Source: an uncultured Eubacteriales bacterium (GTDB taxonomy: Bacteria > Bacillota > Clostridia > Christensenellales > CAG-138). From it: 64,000 nucleotides of DNA. The DNA is taken from NCBI GenBank assembly GCA_942492885.1, contig OW818651.1, positions 962,959 to 1,026,958 on the forward strand. The letters are read 5' to 3'. How positions within the stretch are numbered: the first letter of the stretch is position 1; each line of letters starts with the position of its first letter. A program made the position numbers and the translations under genes. Of this stretch, positions 1-9,188 are shown piece by piece. The notes under the pieces are model-generated. The model had not been told where the DNA came from and ran no database searches. It worked only from the letters and a program-made list of their open reading frames with translations.

Positions 1-846
1 CGCGCCGAGCACGAACACCGCCGTGGAGAGCGCGTCCAGCGCGAGAGCGCTTTCTCCGATGAGCGTCACGCTCCTGATGTTTGCGCGGGACGGATACCCC
101 GTGCGCGGGTCTACGATGTGGTGATACCGCGTGCCGTCCACCTCGTAATACCGCTCATAATCGCCGGAGGTCACCGCGCAGGCGTTGGCAAGAGAGATGC
201 GCCCCATCGCGATACCGGTCAGTCGATCCGGATGCTGGATGCCGACGTTCTTGGCGCTTCCGATCACCGAGACCGTACCGCCGAGGTTGATCAGCGCATC
301 CGTCACCCCGCCTTCTATCAGAATCCGCCGCACCTCGTCCGCCGCGTATCCTTTCGCGATGGCACCGAGGTCGACACTCTGGCCAAACTGCCTCAATCCC
401 GCCGTCTGCTCGGCTTCATCCAATAGGATATCCTGATCATTGACCAGCGTGAGCGCATGCTCGACCTCCGCGCGAGAGGGAACGGTGCCGCAGCGGGCGT
501 GAATCCTCCAGAGAGCGCTGAGCACACGAGTTGTAATCGAAAACGCGCCATCGCTTAACGCAGAATAGCGGCGGCTTTCCGAGAGCAGAAAAAACGTGTC
601 CGCGCTGACGGCAACACTGCTGCATCCGGCGGAGGCGTTTAGCAGCGAAAGCTCACTCTCCGGCTGAAAGACCGACAGACGATCATGCAAAACGCGAACG
701 CGCGCTTGTGCCTGCTTGAGCGCTTTGCCCGCCGCGCTCCGCTCTCGATACGCAAGAACCTGAATTTGGTTTCTCGTGCCTAACGCTTCAAAAGCCGTCT
801 GTAATTTGGCGGGATTCTGATCCGGTTGTTCTGTGAAATTCTGCAT
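1..846 (-). CDS. apbE: FAD:protein FMN transferase, ApbE family (C-terminal part lies beyond base 1)
   Basis: Hand translation of the minus strand from ATG 846..844 stays open to base 1. It is absent from the ORF track because no stop lies in the window. ApbE family blocks seen: MQNFTEQPDQ, SVFQPESELSLLNASAG, VDLGAIAKGYAADEV, TSGDYERYY, HHIVDPRTGYP. Confidence 0.8.
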   Translation of the reverse strand, partial: MQNFTEQPDQNPAKLQTAFEALGTRNQIQVLAYRERSAAGKALKQAQARVRVLHDRLSVFQPESELSLLNASAGCSSVAVSADTFFLLSESRRYSALSDGAFSITTRVLSALWRIHARCGTVPSRAEVEHALTLVNDQDILLDEAEQTAGLRQFGQSVDLGAIAKGYAADEVRRILIEGGVTDALINLGGTVSVIGSAKNVGIQHPDRLTGIAMGRISLANACAVTSGDYERYYEVDGTRYHHIVDPRTGYPSRANIRSVTLIGESALALDALSTAVFVLGA

Positions 847-1177
847 ACATTTAGTTTACAGGGTTCTTGGCAACAAGCAAGTACACAAACGTGTCAAATT
901 GTGGTAAAAAGAAAACACAAGGTTACCGCTGCATTAGAATCTGCTGAGAAACCCGATTCGTGGTTGGTTTTCCAGTGTTTTGTTGTCTTTTTCAGCAAAT
1001 TCGGAATCATTTGCATTAGAGGGTAACATACGCCAAAGCATGTTATAATCATGCACTCGTTTTGCATGTTTTTTGCGTTAGGATGTAAATTTTGGCTTGT
1101 CATACGATAGATTCTATGCGATAATTTCTTTTTCGGTGTGTTCCTATAACTCGTGCACAGAAAGGCGGCGCGGCAGC

Positions 1178-2017
1178 ATGCGTCTCGTTCAGGCCGCACA
1201 ACTCATCGAACCCATACGCAGGCTCTGCCTGCGCGCCTGCTGCAACCTCCCGGACGATGCAGTCTCTGCTCTAAACGCTGCACGCGAATCGGAAACGGCG
1301 GGTAGCGCGGCAAGAAACGTGCTAGACCAATTGCTTGAAAACCAGCAGTTGGCGCGGGAGAAATTTCGTCCGATCTGTCAGGACACCGGCATGGTTGTCG
1401 TGTTTGCCGACATTGGACAGGATGTATTCATTCAAGGCGATCTTACCGCCGCCGTCAACGAAGGCGTGTGTCTGGCATATACCGAAGGCTACTTACGCAA
1501 ATCCGTTCTCGACCCCCTCACGCGCATCAACACCGGGGACAACACCCCTGCCGTGCTGCATGTACGTTTTGTGACGGGAGATCGAATTACGCTCACCGTC
1601 GCGCCGAAGGGTTTCGGCAGCGAAAATATGAGCCGTCTTATTATGCTTCCACCGTCAGCCGGAATCGAAGGAATCCTCACCCACATCACCGCCACCGTGC
1701 GGGATGCGGGCGCTTCTGCATGTCCGCCTGTCGTGGTCGGCGTCGGCATCGGCGGCACGATGGAATCCTGCGCGCTGCTGGCTAAGCGGCAACTGCTGCG
1801 CCCGCTGGGCGAACCAGCCGAACGCGAAGACGTCGCCGCAATCGAGCGGGAGGCGCTCGTTCGCATCAATTTGAGCGGTATTGGTCCTATGGGGCTTGGC
1901 GGCGCTGTCACCGCGCTGGCGGTGCACGCCGCAGCGGAACCCACGCATATCGCAGGCTTGCCGCTCGCGGTCAATATCCAGTGCCACGCCTGCCGCCACG
2001 CGAGCGAGGAGGTGTAG
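1178..2017 (+). CDS. Fe-S type hydro-lyase alpha subunit (class I fumarate hydratase / L(+)-tartrate dehydratase alpha)
   Basis: ORF 1097..2017 carries the family blocks RPICQDTGMVVVFADIGQDV and GFGSENMS. Start moved to ATG 1178 (MRLVQAAQ), which follows aaaggcgg and gives the usual ~280 aa. Confidence 0.85.
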   Translation: MRLVQAAQLIEPIRRLCLRACCNLPDDAVSALNAARESETAGSAARNVLDQLLENQQLAREKFRPICQDTGMVVVFADIGQDVFIQGDLTAAVNEGVCLAYTEGYLRKSVLDPLTRINTGDNTPAVLHVRFVTGDRITLTVAPKGFGSENMSRLIMLPPSAGIEGILTHITATVRDAGASACPPVVVGVGIGGTMESCALLAKRQLLRPLGEPAEREDVAAIEREALVRINLSGIGPMGLGGAVTALAVHAAAEPTHIAGLPLAVNIQCHACRHASEEV

Positions 2018-2021
2018 GTAG

Positions 2022-2555
2022 ATGGAGTATCATATGCAATCCCCGCTGAATCCGGCAGATATGGGCGTGTTGCGCGCCGGAGACGTGGTATACTGTACCG
2101 GTGTGATCTACACCGCGCGCGACGCGGCGCATGCACGGTTTGCTGATCTTCTTAAAGCGGGCGAACCGTTACCCGTGCCCAAAGGTGCATGCATCTATTA
2201 TTGCGGGCCTTGCCCGGCGGCGCCCGGCGAGATCATCGGCCCATGCGGGCCAACGACCAGCAAGCGCATGGATGCGTACACCCCCGCGCTCATCGACTAC
2301 GGCATCGTGCAATTCATCGGAAAAGGCGCGCGGTCTGCGGCGGTGAATGAAGCGATGAAGGGTCGCGCAGTGCATTTTGCCGCAACAGGGGGAGCGGGCA
2401 TGCTCTATGCCTCCCGCATCACGGCTTGCGAACTCATTGCGTTTGCCGATCTCGGCGCAGAGGCGGTCTATCGCCTGGAGGTTCGGGATTTTCCCGTGGT
2501 CGTGACGTTTGACTTAAATGGAAACGATGTGTACGCCCGTACGCAGATAAAATAG
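2022..2555 (+). CDS. Fe-S type hydro-lyase beta subunit (class I fumarate hydratase / tartrate dehydratase beta)
   Basis: ORF 2022..2555 starts 4 nt after the alpha subunit stop. It has the GPTTSKRMD block typical of the beta/C-terminal catalytic domain. Confidence 0.85.
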   Translation: MEYHMQSPLNPADMGVLRAGDVVYCTGVIYTARDAAHARFADLLKAGEPLPVPKGACIYYCGPCPAAPGEIIGPCGPTTSKRMDAYTPALIDYGIVQFIGKGARSAAVNEAMKGRAVHFAATGGAGMLYASRITACELIAFADLGAEAVYRLEVRDFPVVVTFDLNGNDVYARTQIK

Positions 2556-2627
2556 TTTACTTGCGGCACGCAAGAAGTTGCGTTGCTAACAATAGTAAGG
2601 GTTTCAATTTGGAAAGGAGCGGAAGAA

Positions 2628-3896
2628 ATGAACTGTGCAATCGTAGGAATCAACTGGGGAGACGAAGGAAAAGGCCGCATGGTGGATCTCATCGCCGCGG
2701 ATTACGACGTCGTCGTGCGCTATCAGGGCGGCAACAACGCGGGGCATACCGTGGTCAACGAATATGGGAAATTTGCGCTGCACCTCTTGCCCAGCGGTAT
2801 TTTCCGCAAGGGCGTGGTCAACGTGCTGGGCAACGGCGCGGTCATCGACCCGGAAAAGCTGCTGGAGGAGATCGACGAGCTGCACAGCAAAGGCATTTCC
2901 ATCACGCCCGAAAACCTGAAAGTCAGCGACCGTGCGCCGATCGTGTTCCCCTATCATCGCGATCAGGACTCGCTGGAAGAGGCGCGCTTGGCTGACGCGA
3001 AATACGGCTCCACAAAGCGCGGCATCGCGCCCGTTTACGGCGACAAATACATGAAAAAAACCATCATGCTGGGCGAGCTGTTTTATCCGGAATATCTCAA
3101 GAAACGACTCGAAGGCATCCTGGAGTGGAAAAACCTCACGCTCAAGAACGTCTACGGCGGCAAGACCTATTCGCTGGATGAAATCTGGGAGTGGCTGATG
3201 ACCTATGGCGAGCGTCTAAAACCCTATATCTGCGACGCGGGCGCATACCTGCGCAGTGTCGACGGCAAAAAAAATATTTTATTCGAAGCGCAACTCGGCG
3301 TACTTCGCGATCTCGACTTCGGCATCTTCCCCTATACCTCAAGCTCTGCACCGCTGGCTGCCTATGCGCCCATCGGCGCCGGCATGCCGGGCACCAAGAT
3401 CGACAGCGTTGTCGGCGTGGTGAAGGCCTACTCCACCTGCGTGGGCGAAGGCCCGTTCACGGCGGAGTGGTTTGGCGAGGAGGCATCCCGCCTGCGCGAA
3501 GCTGGCGCGGAATACGGCGCGGCAACGGGTCGTCCCCGCCGCGTGGGTCCCATGGACATCGTGGCAACCCGCTACGGCGTCGCCATGCAGGGCGCAACCG
3601 AAGTCGCGCTCACCAAGATCGACATCCTTTCGTATATGGAGCAGATTCCGATCTGCGTGCAATATGAGCTAAACGGCGTAAAGACGGATGAATTCCCCTT
3701 CCCCGCCGCGATTGCCGAGGCAAAGCCAGTGATTGAGTATATGCCCGGCTGGCTGACCGACGTTTCGAAATGCCGCACGTTTGATTCGCTGCCCAAAGCC
3801 GCGCAGGATTACATCCTCTATATTGAAAAGAACATCGGTTGCCCGATTACGAACATCTCCGTCGGTGCCGCGCGCGACGAGATCATCCGGAGGTAA
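2628..3896 (+). CDS. purA: adenylosuccinate synthetase
   Basis: ORF 2583..3896 has GINWGDEGKGRMVD, GGNNAGHT and TKRGIAPVY blocks. Start set at ATG 2628 (MNCAIVGINWGDEGKG), downstream of ggaaaggagcggaag. Confidence 0.95.
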   Translation: MNCAIVGINWGDEGKGRMVDLIAADYDVVVRYQGGNNAGHTVVNEYGKFALHLLPSGIFRKGVVNVLGNGAVIDPEKLLEEIDELHSKGISITPENLKVSDRAPIVFPYHRDQDSLEEARLADAKYGSTKRGIAPVYGDKYMKKTIMLGELFYPEYLKKRLEGILEWKNLTLKNVYGGKTYSLDEIWEWLMTYGERLKPYICDAGAYLRSVDGKKNILFEAQLGVLRDLDFGIFPYTSSSAPLAAYAPIGAGMPGTKIDSVVGVVKAYSTCVGEGPFTAEWFGEEASRLREAGAEYGAATGRPRRVGPMDIVATRYGVAMQGATEVALTKIDILSYMEQIPICVQYELNGVKTDEFPFPAAIAEAKPVIEYMPGWLTDVSKCRTFDSLPKAAQDYILYIEKNIGCPITNISVGAARDEIIRR

Positions 3897-3903
3897 CGAC
3901 ATC

Positions 3904-5310
3904 ATGCGGGATCAATACGAAAGCCCGCTGAACAGCCGCTATGCCTCCGATGAGATGCAGCGGTTGTTCTCGCCGGATATGCGATATTCCACGTGGCGAA
4001 AGCTCTGGGTGAGCCTTGCCCGCGCGGAGCACGCGCTGGGGCTGCCCGTCTCAAAAGAGCAGGTGGAGGAACTATCCGCGCACACAGATGACATCGACTA
4101 TGACGCGGTCGCCAAACGCGAGGCCGAGGTGCGGCACGATGTGATGGCGCATGTCTACGCCTACGGCCTTGTCTGCCCTAAGGCGGCGGGCATCATCCAT
4201 CTGGGCGCGACCAGCTGCTATGTCACCGATAATGCAGATTTGATCATCATTCGAGACGCCCTCATCAGCATTCGAAACAGCATCTATGCTGTGCTCAAGC
4301 CGCTCTCCATGTTTGCGGAGCGCACCAAGACGATCCCCACCGTGGGCTATACGCATTTTCAGCCCGCGCAGCCAGTCACCGTCGGCCGCCGCGCCTGCCT
4401 CTGGTTGCAGGATCTCTGGCTGGACGTGGAGGAAATCGAGGATACGCTTAAGGCAATCCGATTCTTGGGCAGCCGGGGAGCCACGGGCACGGAGGCAAGC
4501 TTTGTCTCCCTCTTTGGCGGGGACACGCAGAAGATCGATGTACTGAACGAGCGCATCGCCCGCGATTTCGGGTTTGAGCGCTGCTATGACGTCAGCGGGC
4601 AGACGTATCCGCGCAAGCTCGACAGCCGCGTCTTAAACGCGCTGTCCTCCGTCGCGCAGAGTGCTTATAAGTTCGGCGACGATATCCGCCTGCTCCAGCA
4701 TGACGGCATCCTCTCCGAGCCGTTTGAGAGCAAGCAGATCGGCTCCTCCGCGATGGCATACAAGCAAAACCCCATGCGCTCGGAGCGTATCTGTTCGCTT
4801 TCCCGTTTCGTGATGGCAACTTCGCTCAATGCGCCCATGACCGCGAGCACGCAATGGCTTGAGCGCACATTGGACGACTCCGCCAACCGCCGTCTCTCGC
4901 TCCCGGAAGCATTTCTCGCGACCGACGCGGTGCTGCGGCTCATGGCGAATATCTGCTCAGGGTTGATCGTGCACGAACAGGCAAACGCGAAGATCCTCAG
5001 TGACGCGCTGCCGTTTCTTGCGACGGAAAACCTGCTCATGGCGGCGGTCAAGCGCGGCGCAGACCGGCAGGCGCTGCATGAAATCATCCGCACACACTCC
5101 CTCGCGGCAAAAGAACGGCTGGCCACGGGCGAAGGAAACGACCTTGCCGAGCGCCTCGCCGCCGACCCCACGTTCCCGCTGAGCCTTGCGGAGATCCGAC
5201 AAGAGCTCGATCCCATGCGGCACATCGGCCGCTCGATTGAGCAGACGGATCGCTTCTTGGCGTCTCACCCCGTGCCTGAGAGCAAACCCTTGCAGGAGAT
5301 CATGGTGTAA
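3904..5310 (+). CDS. purB: adenylosuccinate lyase
   Basis: ORF 3781..5310; start set at ATG 3904 (MRDQYESPLNSRYASDEM), 8 nt after the purA stop. Contains the fumarate-lyase signature GSSAMAYKQNP. Confidence 0.93.
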   Translation: MRDQYESPLNSRYASDEMQRLFSPDMRYSTWRKLWVSLARAEHALGLPVSKEQVEELSAHTDDIDYDAVAKREAEVRHDVMAHVYAYGLVCPKAAGIIHLGATSCYVTDNADLIIIRDALISIRNSIYAVLKPLSMFAERTKTIPTVGYTHFQPAQPVTVGRRACLWLQDLWLDVEEIEDTLKAIRFLGSRGATGTEASFVSLFGGDTQKIDVLNERIARDFGFERCYDVSGQTYPRKLDSRVLNALSSVAQSAYKFGDDIRLLQHDGILSEPFESKQIGSSAMAYKQNPMRSERICSLSRFVMATSLNAPMTASTQWLERTLDDSANRRLSLPEAFLATDAVLRLMANICSGLIVHEQANAKILSDALPFLATENLLMAAVKRGADRQALHEIIRTHSLAAKERLATGEGNDLAERLAADPTFPLSLAEIRQELDPMRHIGRSIEQTDRFLASHPVPESKPLQEIMV

Positions 5311-5328
5311 ACCGATTGAATCACAAAT

Positions 5329-5359
5329 GGAGGTTTCCAGCGATGGAAGCCTCTTTTTT
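5329..5359 (+). terminator. intrinsic terminator after purB
   Basis: ggaggtttcca-gcga-tggaagcctc stem-loop followed by tttttt. Confidence 0.6.
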
Positions 5360-5396
5360 GCGGGCGTCGATGATTTTACGCACATTAGCAACACGT

Positions 5397-5527
5397 GCGG
5401 ATACTATCCGCCCCTAAAACGGCTTGAGCCGATCCTCAAACAAACGTCATGAAAGTTTGTCGTATTATCTTTCACAAATTCACCCGCCGAACCACGCGAG
5501 CTCTGTAGGGGCGGATAGTATCCGCCC
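5397..5527. repeat. MITE-like palindrome-ended interspersed element, copy 1
   Basis: Left end gcggatactatccgccccta and right end taggggcggatagtatccgc are reverse complements (about 20-nt terminal inverted repeat). Each end contains its own gcggata/tatccgc hairpin. The interior aligns closely with a second copy at 59671..59794. Confidence 0.6.
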
Positions 5528-5661
5528 GCGTCCTCTCCTGCTTCGTTGTCATTCCCACTACAAGGTTTTAACTATTATAATCCTTGTTTTTTCGCACGTA
5601 TGGTACTATAATATGGATGAAAAATAACACAATTCTTCAGATTGTAAGAAAGAGCCACATC

Positions 5662-6600
5662 ATGAAAGCGCTGCAACTACTCGATATCGCCGTCGCACCC
5701 GATCTGCACGAACTCACCAAGCACGGCACGCCGATATTTCCCTGCGCGGGTTATGACGAAGACCCCGGCAAGTACCTGGTCGGCAACATTCCCTGGCACT
5801 GGCACGAGGAGATGGAGATCATCCTCGCGCTTGAGGGGGATACGCTCGTGCTCAGCGGGGAAACGGAATACCTGCTGCACGCAGGCGAGGCGATCTTCGT
5901 CAACAGCAACGTCCTGCACAAGCTCAAGCGTGCGCAGAAGAATTCGCCCTGCCGCATCAACAGCCTGCTGTTCATGCCGGAGTTTGTCGCGAGCTTTCCC
6001 CAGAGCATCATCCAGCAGCGTTATATCGCGCCGCTGATGCGCTGCGCAACGCTTGCGGATGTGATGCTTCGTCCCGATGTAGCGTGGCAAAAGGAGGCGA
6101 TCGCGCGCTTTGAGGCGGCGTTTCGCGCGTTTACCAGCGACCGCTATGGTTATGAAATCCTCGTGCAGGTCGAGCTGATGCAGATGCTGCTCCTCATCCT
6201 CGAAAACCTGCAGGATCGCGTTTGCGACACAGATCTGGTGCAAAACAAAGACTCGGTGCGCATCAAACAGATGCTGGGCTACATCCATGCGCATTATGCC
6301 GAGCCGCTGACCGTCTCGCAGATTGCAGCCGCCTCCGCCATCAGCGAAAGTGAATGCTACCGCTGCTTTCGAAAGGTGCTCGACGCCTCACCGATAGACT
6401 ACCTACTCCAGTATCGCATCCGTGCCGCGGCGGGCTTGCTCTCCGGCTCGGATATGAGCGTTTCGGACATCTGCTTTGCAACGGGGTTCAACAGCCCCAG
6501 CTATTTTGCAAAGGTGTTTCGGCAGGAGCTTTTAGTCAGCCCCCGAAAATATCGCGCAACACACCAGAGCGCTGCTCCCAATATCAAACACCGCACTTGA
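5662..6600 (+). CDS. AraC family transcriptional regulator (cupin sensor + HTH)
   Basis: ORF 5584..6600. The C-terminus has the AraC double HTH (LTVSQIAAASAISESECYRCFRKVL ... DICFATGFNSPSYFAKVFRQ) and the N-terminus is cupin-like (WHWHEEMEIILALEG). Start set at ATG 5662 (MKALQLL). Confidence 0.85.
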   Translation: MKALQLLDIAVAPDLHELTKHGTPIFPCAGYDEDPGKYLVGNIPWHWHEEMEIILALEGDTLVLSGETEYLLHAGEAIFVNSNVLHKLKRAQKNSPCRINSLLFMPEFVASFPQSIIQQRYIAPLMRCATLADVMLRPDVAWQKEAIARFEAAFRAFTSDRYGYEILVQVELMQMLLLILENLQDRVCDTDLVQNKDSVRIKQMLGYIHAHYAEPLTVSQIAAASAISESECYRCFRKVLDASPIDYLLQYRIRAAAGLLSGSDMSVSDICFATGFNSPSYFAKVFRQELLVSPRKYRATHQSAAPNIKHRT

Positions 6601-6623
6601 AATTCTATTGGTCTTGTCCGTTC

Positions 6624-6650
6624 AATCCCCGCAAATAGCGGGGATTTCTG
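6624..6650 (+). terminator. probable terminator after the AraC gene
   Basis: aatccccgc-aaata-gcggggatt hairpin followed by a short T-rich tract (tctgtt); the T-run is weak. Confidence 0.4.
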
Positions 6651-6845
6651 TTGGAAGCACATCGATCTGTTTTCACGCGGGTAAATCGCGCTCCGACACG
6701 CGTAAAGCTTCTGCTCCCGCTCCTTAAAACCCGCTATGGTCATCAGGCAGTTAAGTGTGATATGATATGGGGAAAGTATCTTGTGACTATCAGGCTTTTG
6801 TAAAGCCCGCGTGGCGGCAGAAAAACCCTGCATCACACCAATCTG

Positions 6846-6875
6846 TTGACAGACACGCCATAGCAGTATTATAAT
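6846..6875 (+). promoter_or_regulatory. sigma-70-type promoter of rex
   Basis: TTGACA (6846..6851), 17-18 nt spacer, then TTATAAT, about 30 nt upstream of the rex start. Confidence 0.5.
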
Positions 6876-6902
6876 ATCGATATCGCTTTTCGGAGGTTCG
6901 CT

Positions 6903-7556
6903 ATGGAAAAACATACCCCCGTCTCCATTTCAAAGCAGGCGCTCCAGCGCATGCCTTATTACCTGCAGGCGCTCCGCGCCGCGCGGGACGCGGGCGCCGA
7001 GATCATCTCTGCGCCAACCGTTGCCGCGCAGCTCGGCCTAAACGAAGTGCAGGTGCGAAAAGATTTTGCCGCGGTGAACGACACCGCAGGCAAGCCGAAA
7101 ACCGGATTTCAAACCAACGAGCTTATCGCAGCCATCGAGCGCACGCTGGGGTATGACAACTCCAACGACGCGGTACTCGTCGGCGCTGGCAGCCTCGGGC
7201 GCGCGCTGCTGTCCTATCGCGGGTTTGAAGCATATGGACTTAGCATCGTCGCGGCGTTTGACGTAGACCCCAACCTCTCCGGCGGCGAAATCTCCGGCAA
7301 GCAGGTGCTGCCAATGGGCAAACTCACGAGCATCTGCCGCAACATGAACATCCACATCGGCATCATCACCGTGCCCGCGTCCCAGGCGCAGGCGGTTTGT
7401 GACGCGCTGGTGGAAAGCGGTGTCATGGCTATCTGGAACTTTGCGCCCGTGCACCTGAGCACGCCGGAGGGCATCCTCGTGCAAAACGAGAACATGGCGG
7501 CCTCGCTCGCGCTGCTCTCCAAGCATCTCTCCGAACGGCTCGGCTCCAAAGTATAA
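6903..7556 (+). CDS. rex: redox-sensing transcriptional repressor Rex
   Basis: ORF 6903..7556, preceded by cggagg. N-terminal winged helix QALQRMPYYLQALR and Rossmann block VLVGAGSLGRALLSY. Confidence 0.92.
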   Translation: MEKHTPVSISKQALQRMPYYLQALRAARDAGAEIISAPTVAAQLGLNEVQVRKDFAAVNDTAGKPKTGFQTNELIAAIERTLGYDNSNDAVLVGAGSLGRALLSYRGFEAYGLSIVAAFDVDPNLSGGEISGKQVLPMGKLTSICRNMNIHIGIITVPASQAQAVCDALVESGVMAIWNFAPVHLSTPEGILVQNENMAASLALLSKHLSERLGSKV

Positions 7557-7575
7557 AGCTGCGTTTTGATTTACC

Positions 7576-7599
7576 AGCGCCCTTCGGGGCGCTTTTTTT
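7576..7599 (+). terminator. intrinsic terminator after rex
   Basis: agcgccc-ttcg-gggcgct (UUCG loop) followed by ttttttt. Confidence 0.7.
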
Positions 7600-7658
7600 G
7601 CGCCCGAACACAATCGAGACAGGAGATGCGTTTTATTTGTGATTTTCTAGAAACCGGG

Positions 7659-7687
7659 TTGACACAGCTTTTATTCAGTGCTATATT
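7659..7687 (+). promoter_or_regulatory. sigma-70-type promoter of the alcohol dehydrogenase gene
   Basis: TTGACA (7659..7664), exactly 17 nt spacer, TATATT (7682..7687). It is followed immediately by paired TATCGAT motifs. Confidence 0.55.
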
Positions 7688-7735
7688 ATCGATTGTTGAA
7701 TATCGATATAGAATACTGATACAAGGAGATTGCAT

Positions 7736-8911
7736 ATGTCACGTTTTACACTCCCCCGTGATCTTTATCACGGAAAAGGTTCTCTGGAAGCACTCAAAAC
7801 CCTCACCGGCAAGCGGGCAATCGTCGTAGTCGGCGGTGGCTCCATGAAACGCTTTGGTTTTCTTGACCGCGTGGAAGCCTATCTGCGCGAAGCCGGAATG
7901 GAAGTCGAGCTCTTCGAAGGCGTTGAGCCGGATCCTTCCGTTGAAACCGTCATGCGCGGCGCGGCTGCCATGCGCAAGTTTCAGCCGGACTGGATCGTCT
8001 CCATCGGCGGCGGCTCACCCATCGACGCGGCAAAAGCCATGTGGGCGTTTTATGAATATCCGGACGTGACGTTTGAGTCGCTCTGCATTCCGTTTAACTT
8101 CCCCAAGCTGCGCACAAAGGCGCATTTCTGCGCGATTCCCTCCACCTCCGGCACGGCGACCGAGGTCACCGCGTTCTCCGTCATCACGGACTATCAAAAA
8201 GGCATCAAGTACCCGCTCGCGGACTTCAACATCACGCCGGATGTAGCGATTGTCGACCCCGACCTTGCCGAGACGATGCCCAAGAAGCTCACCGCGCACA
8301 CCGGCATGGACGCGATCACGCACGCCATCGAGGCATATGTCTCCACGCTGCATTGCGACTATACCGACCCGCTTGCCCTGCATGCCATCAAGATGGTCAG
8401 CGAGTTTTTGATTCCGTCCTACAATGGCGATATGGCAGCGCGAGATAGCATGCACAACGCGCAATGCCTCGCGGGCATGGCGTTCTCCAACGCGCTGCTC
8501 GGCATCGTCCACTCCATGGCGCACAAGACGGGCGCGGCATACTGCGGCGGACACATCGTCCACGGCTGCGCAAACGCCATGTACCTGCCCAAGGTGATTC
8601 AGTACAACGCCAAAGACCCGGCCGCTGCCAAACGCTATGGCGAAATCGCCGCGCACCTGGGGCTTGCGCCCAATGCCGACGCGCTGGTCAAGCACATCCG
8701 CTCCATGAACAAGGCGCTGGAGATTCCGGATTGCATCCGCTCTTACGAAGGCGGCATCATCGACGAGAAGGAATTCCTCGACAAACTGCCCCGCGTGGCA
8801 GAGCTCGCCGTGGGCGACGCCTGCACCGGCTCCAACCCGCGCGCGATTACGCCCGCGGTCATGGAGCAGCTATTAAAAGCCTGCTATTATGACACGGCGG
8901 TCAATTTCTAA
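7736..8911 (+). CDS. iron-containing (group III) alcohol dehydrogenase
   Basis: ORF 7730..8911; ATG 7736 lies 7 nt after aaggag. Family blocks GGGSPIDAAKA, metal histidines in HAIEAYVS and HSMAHKTG, and a C-terminal DACTGSNPR. Confidence 0.9.
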   Translation: MSRFTLPRDLYHGKGSLEALKTLTGKRAIVVVGGGSMKRFGFLDRVEAYLREAGMEVELFEGVEPDPSVETVMRGAAAMRKFQPDWIVSIGGGSPIDAAKAMWAFYEYPDVTFESLCIPFNFPKLRTKAHFCAIPSTSGTATEVTAFSVITDYQKGIKYPLADFNITPDVAIVDPDLAETMPKKLTAHTGMDAITHAIEAYVSTLHCDYTDPLALHAIKMVSEFLIPSYNGDMAARDSMHNAQCLAGMAFSNALLGIVHSMAHKTGAAYCGGHIVHGCANAMYLPKVIQYNAKDPAAAKRYGEIAAHLGLAPNADALVKHIRSMNKALEIPDCIRSYEGGIIDEKEFLDKLPRVAELAVGDACTGSNPRAITPAVMEQLLKACYYDTAVNF

Positions 8912-9040
8912 AGATAGATACATCCGATTGGTGGTTCACCAGTCATAACCCCTTCGCAGGCGGGCCATTCTGCTTGGCCTGCATGGTGCGAACGATCCAA
9001 TTCTTCCTCACTCATTCATCGCTCGCTGCGATGAGAAATG

Positions 9041-9076
9041 CGAACGCCGTTTTCTGCGCGGCGTTCGTTTTTTTTG
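9041..9076 (+). terminator. intrinsic terminator downstream of the alcohol dehydrogenase gene
   Basis: cgaacgccg ... cggcgttcg stem followed by tttttttt. Confidence 0.65.
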
Positions 9077-9188
9077 TCGTCTGCATTCTTATAATCTGGC
9101 GTCGGGACTATTCCGATAATTTTCCTGCACCGTAGCACGCGATACTACCTTTGGATACCCCGCAAAAACCATTCAAAGGAGGTAAGAA

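Noticed and set aside
5424-5627. Small ORFs inside the two repeat copies (5424..5627 and 59661..59861) that share SLSQ(I/V)HPP..VGAD.IRP
   Set aside because: The shared residues follow from DNA-level repetition. The ORFs start and end at different points in the two copies, have no RBS and run through the palindromic ends.
7637-7656. Canonical Rex operator upstream of the alcohol dehydrogenase gene
   Set aside because: TTGTGA is a good half-site, but the partner half (..TAGAAAC) does not match TCACAA/TTCACAA. It is not a palindrome.
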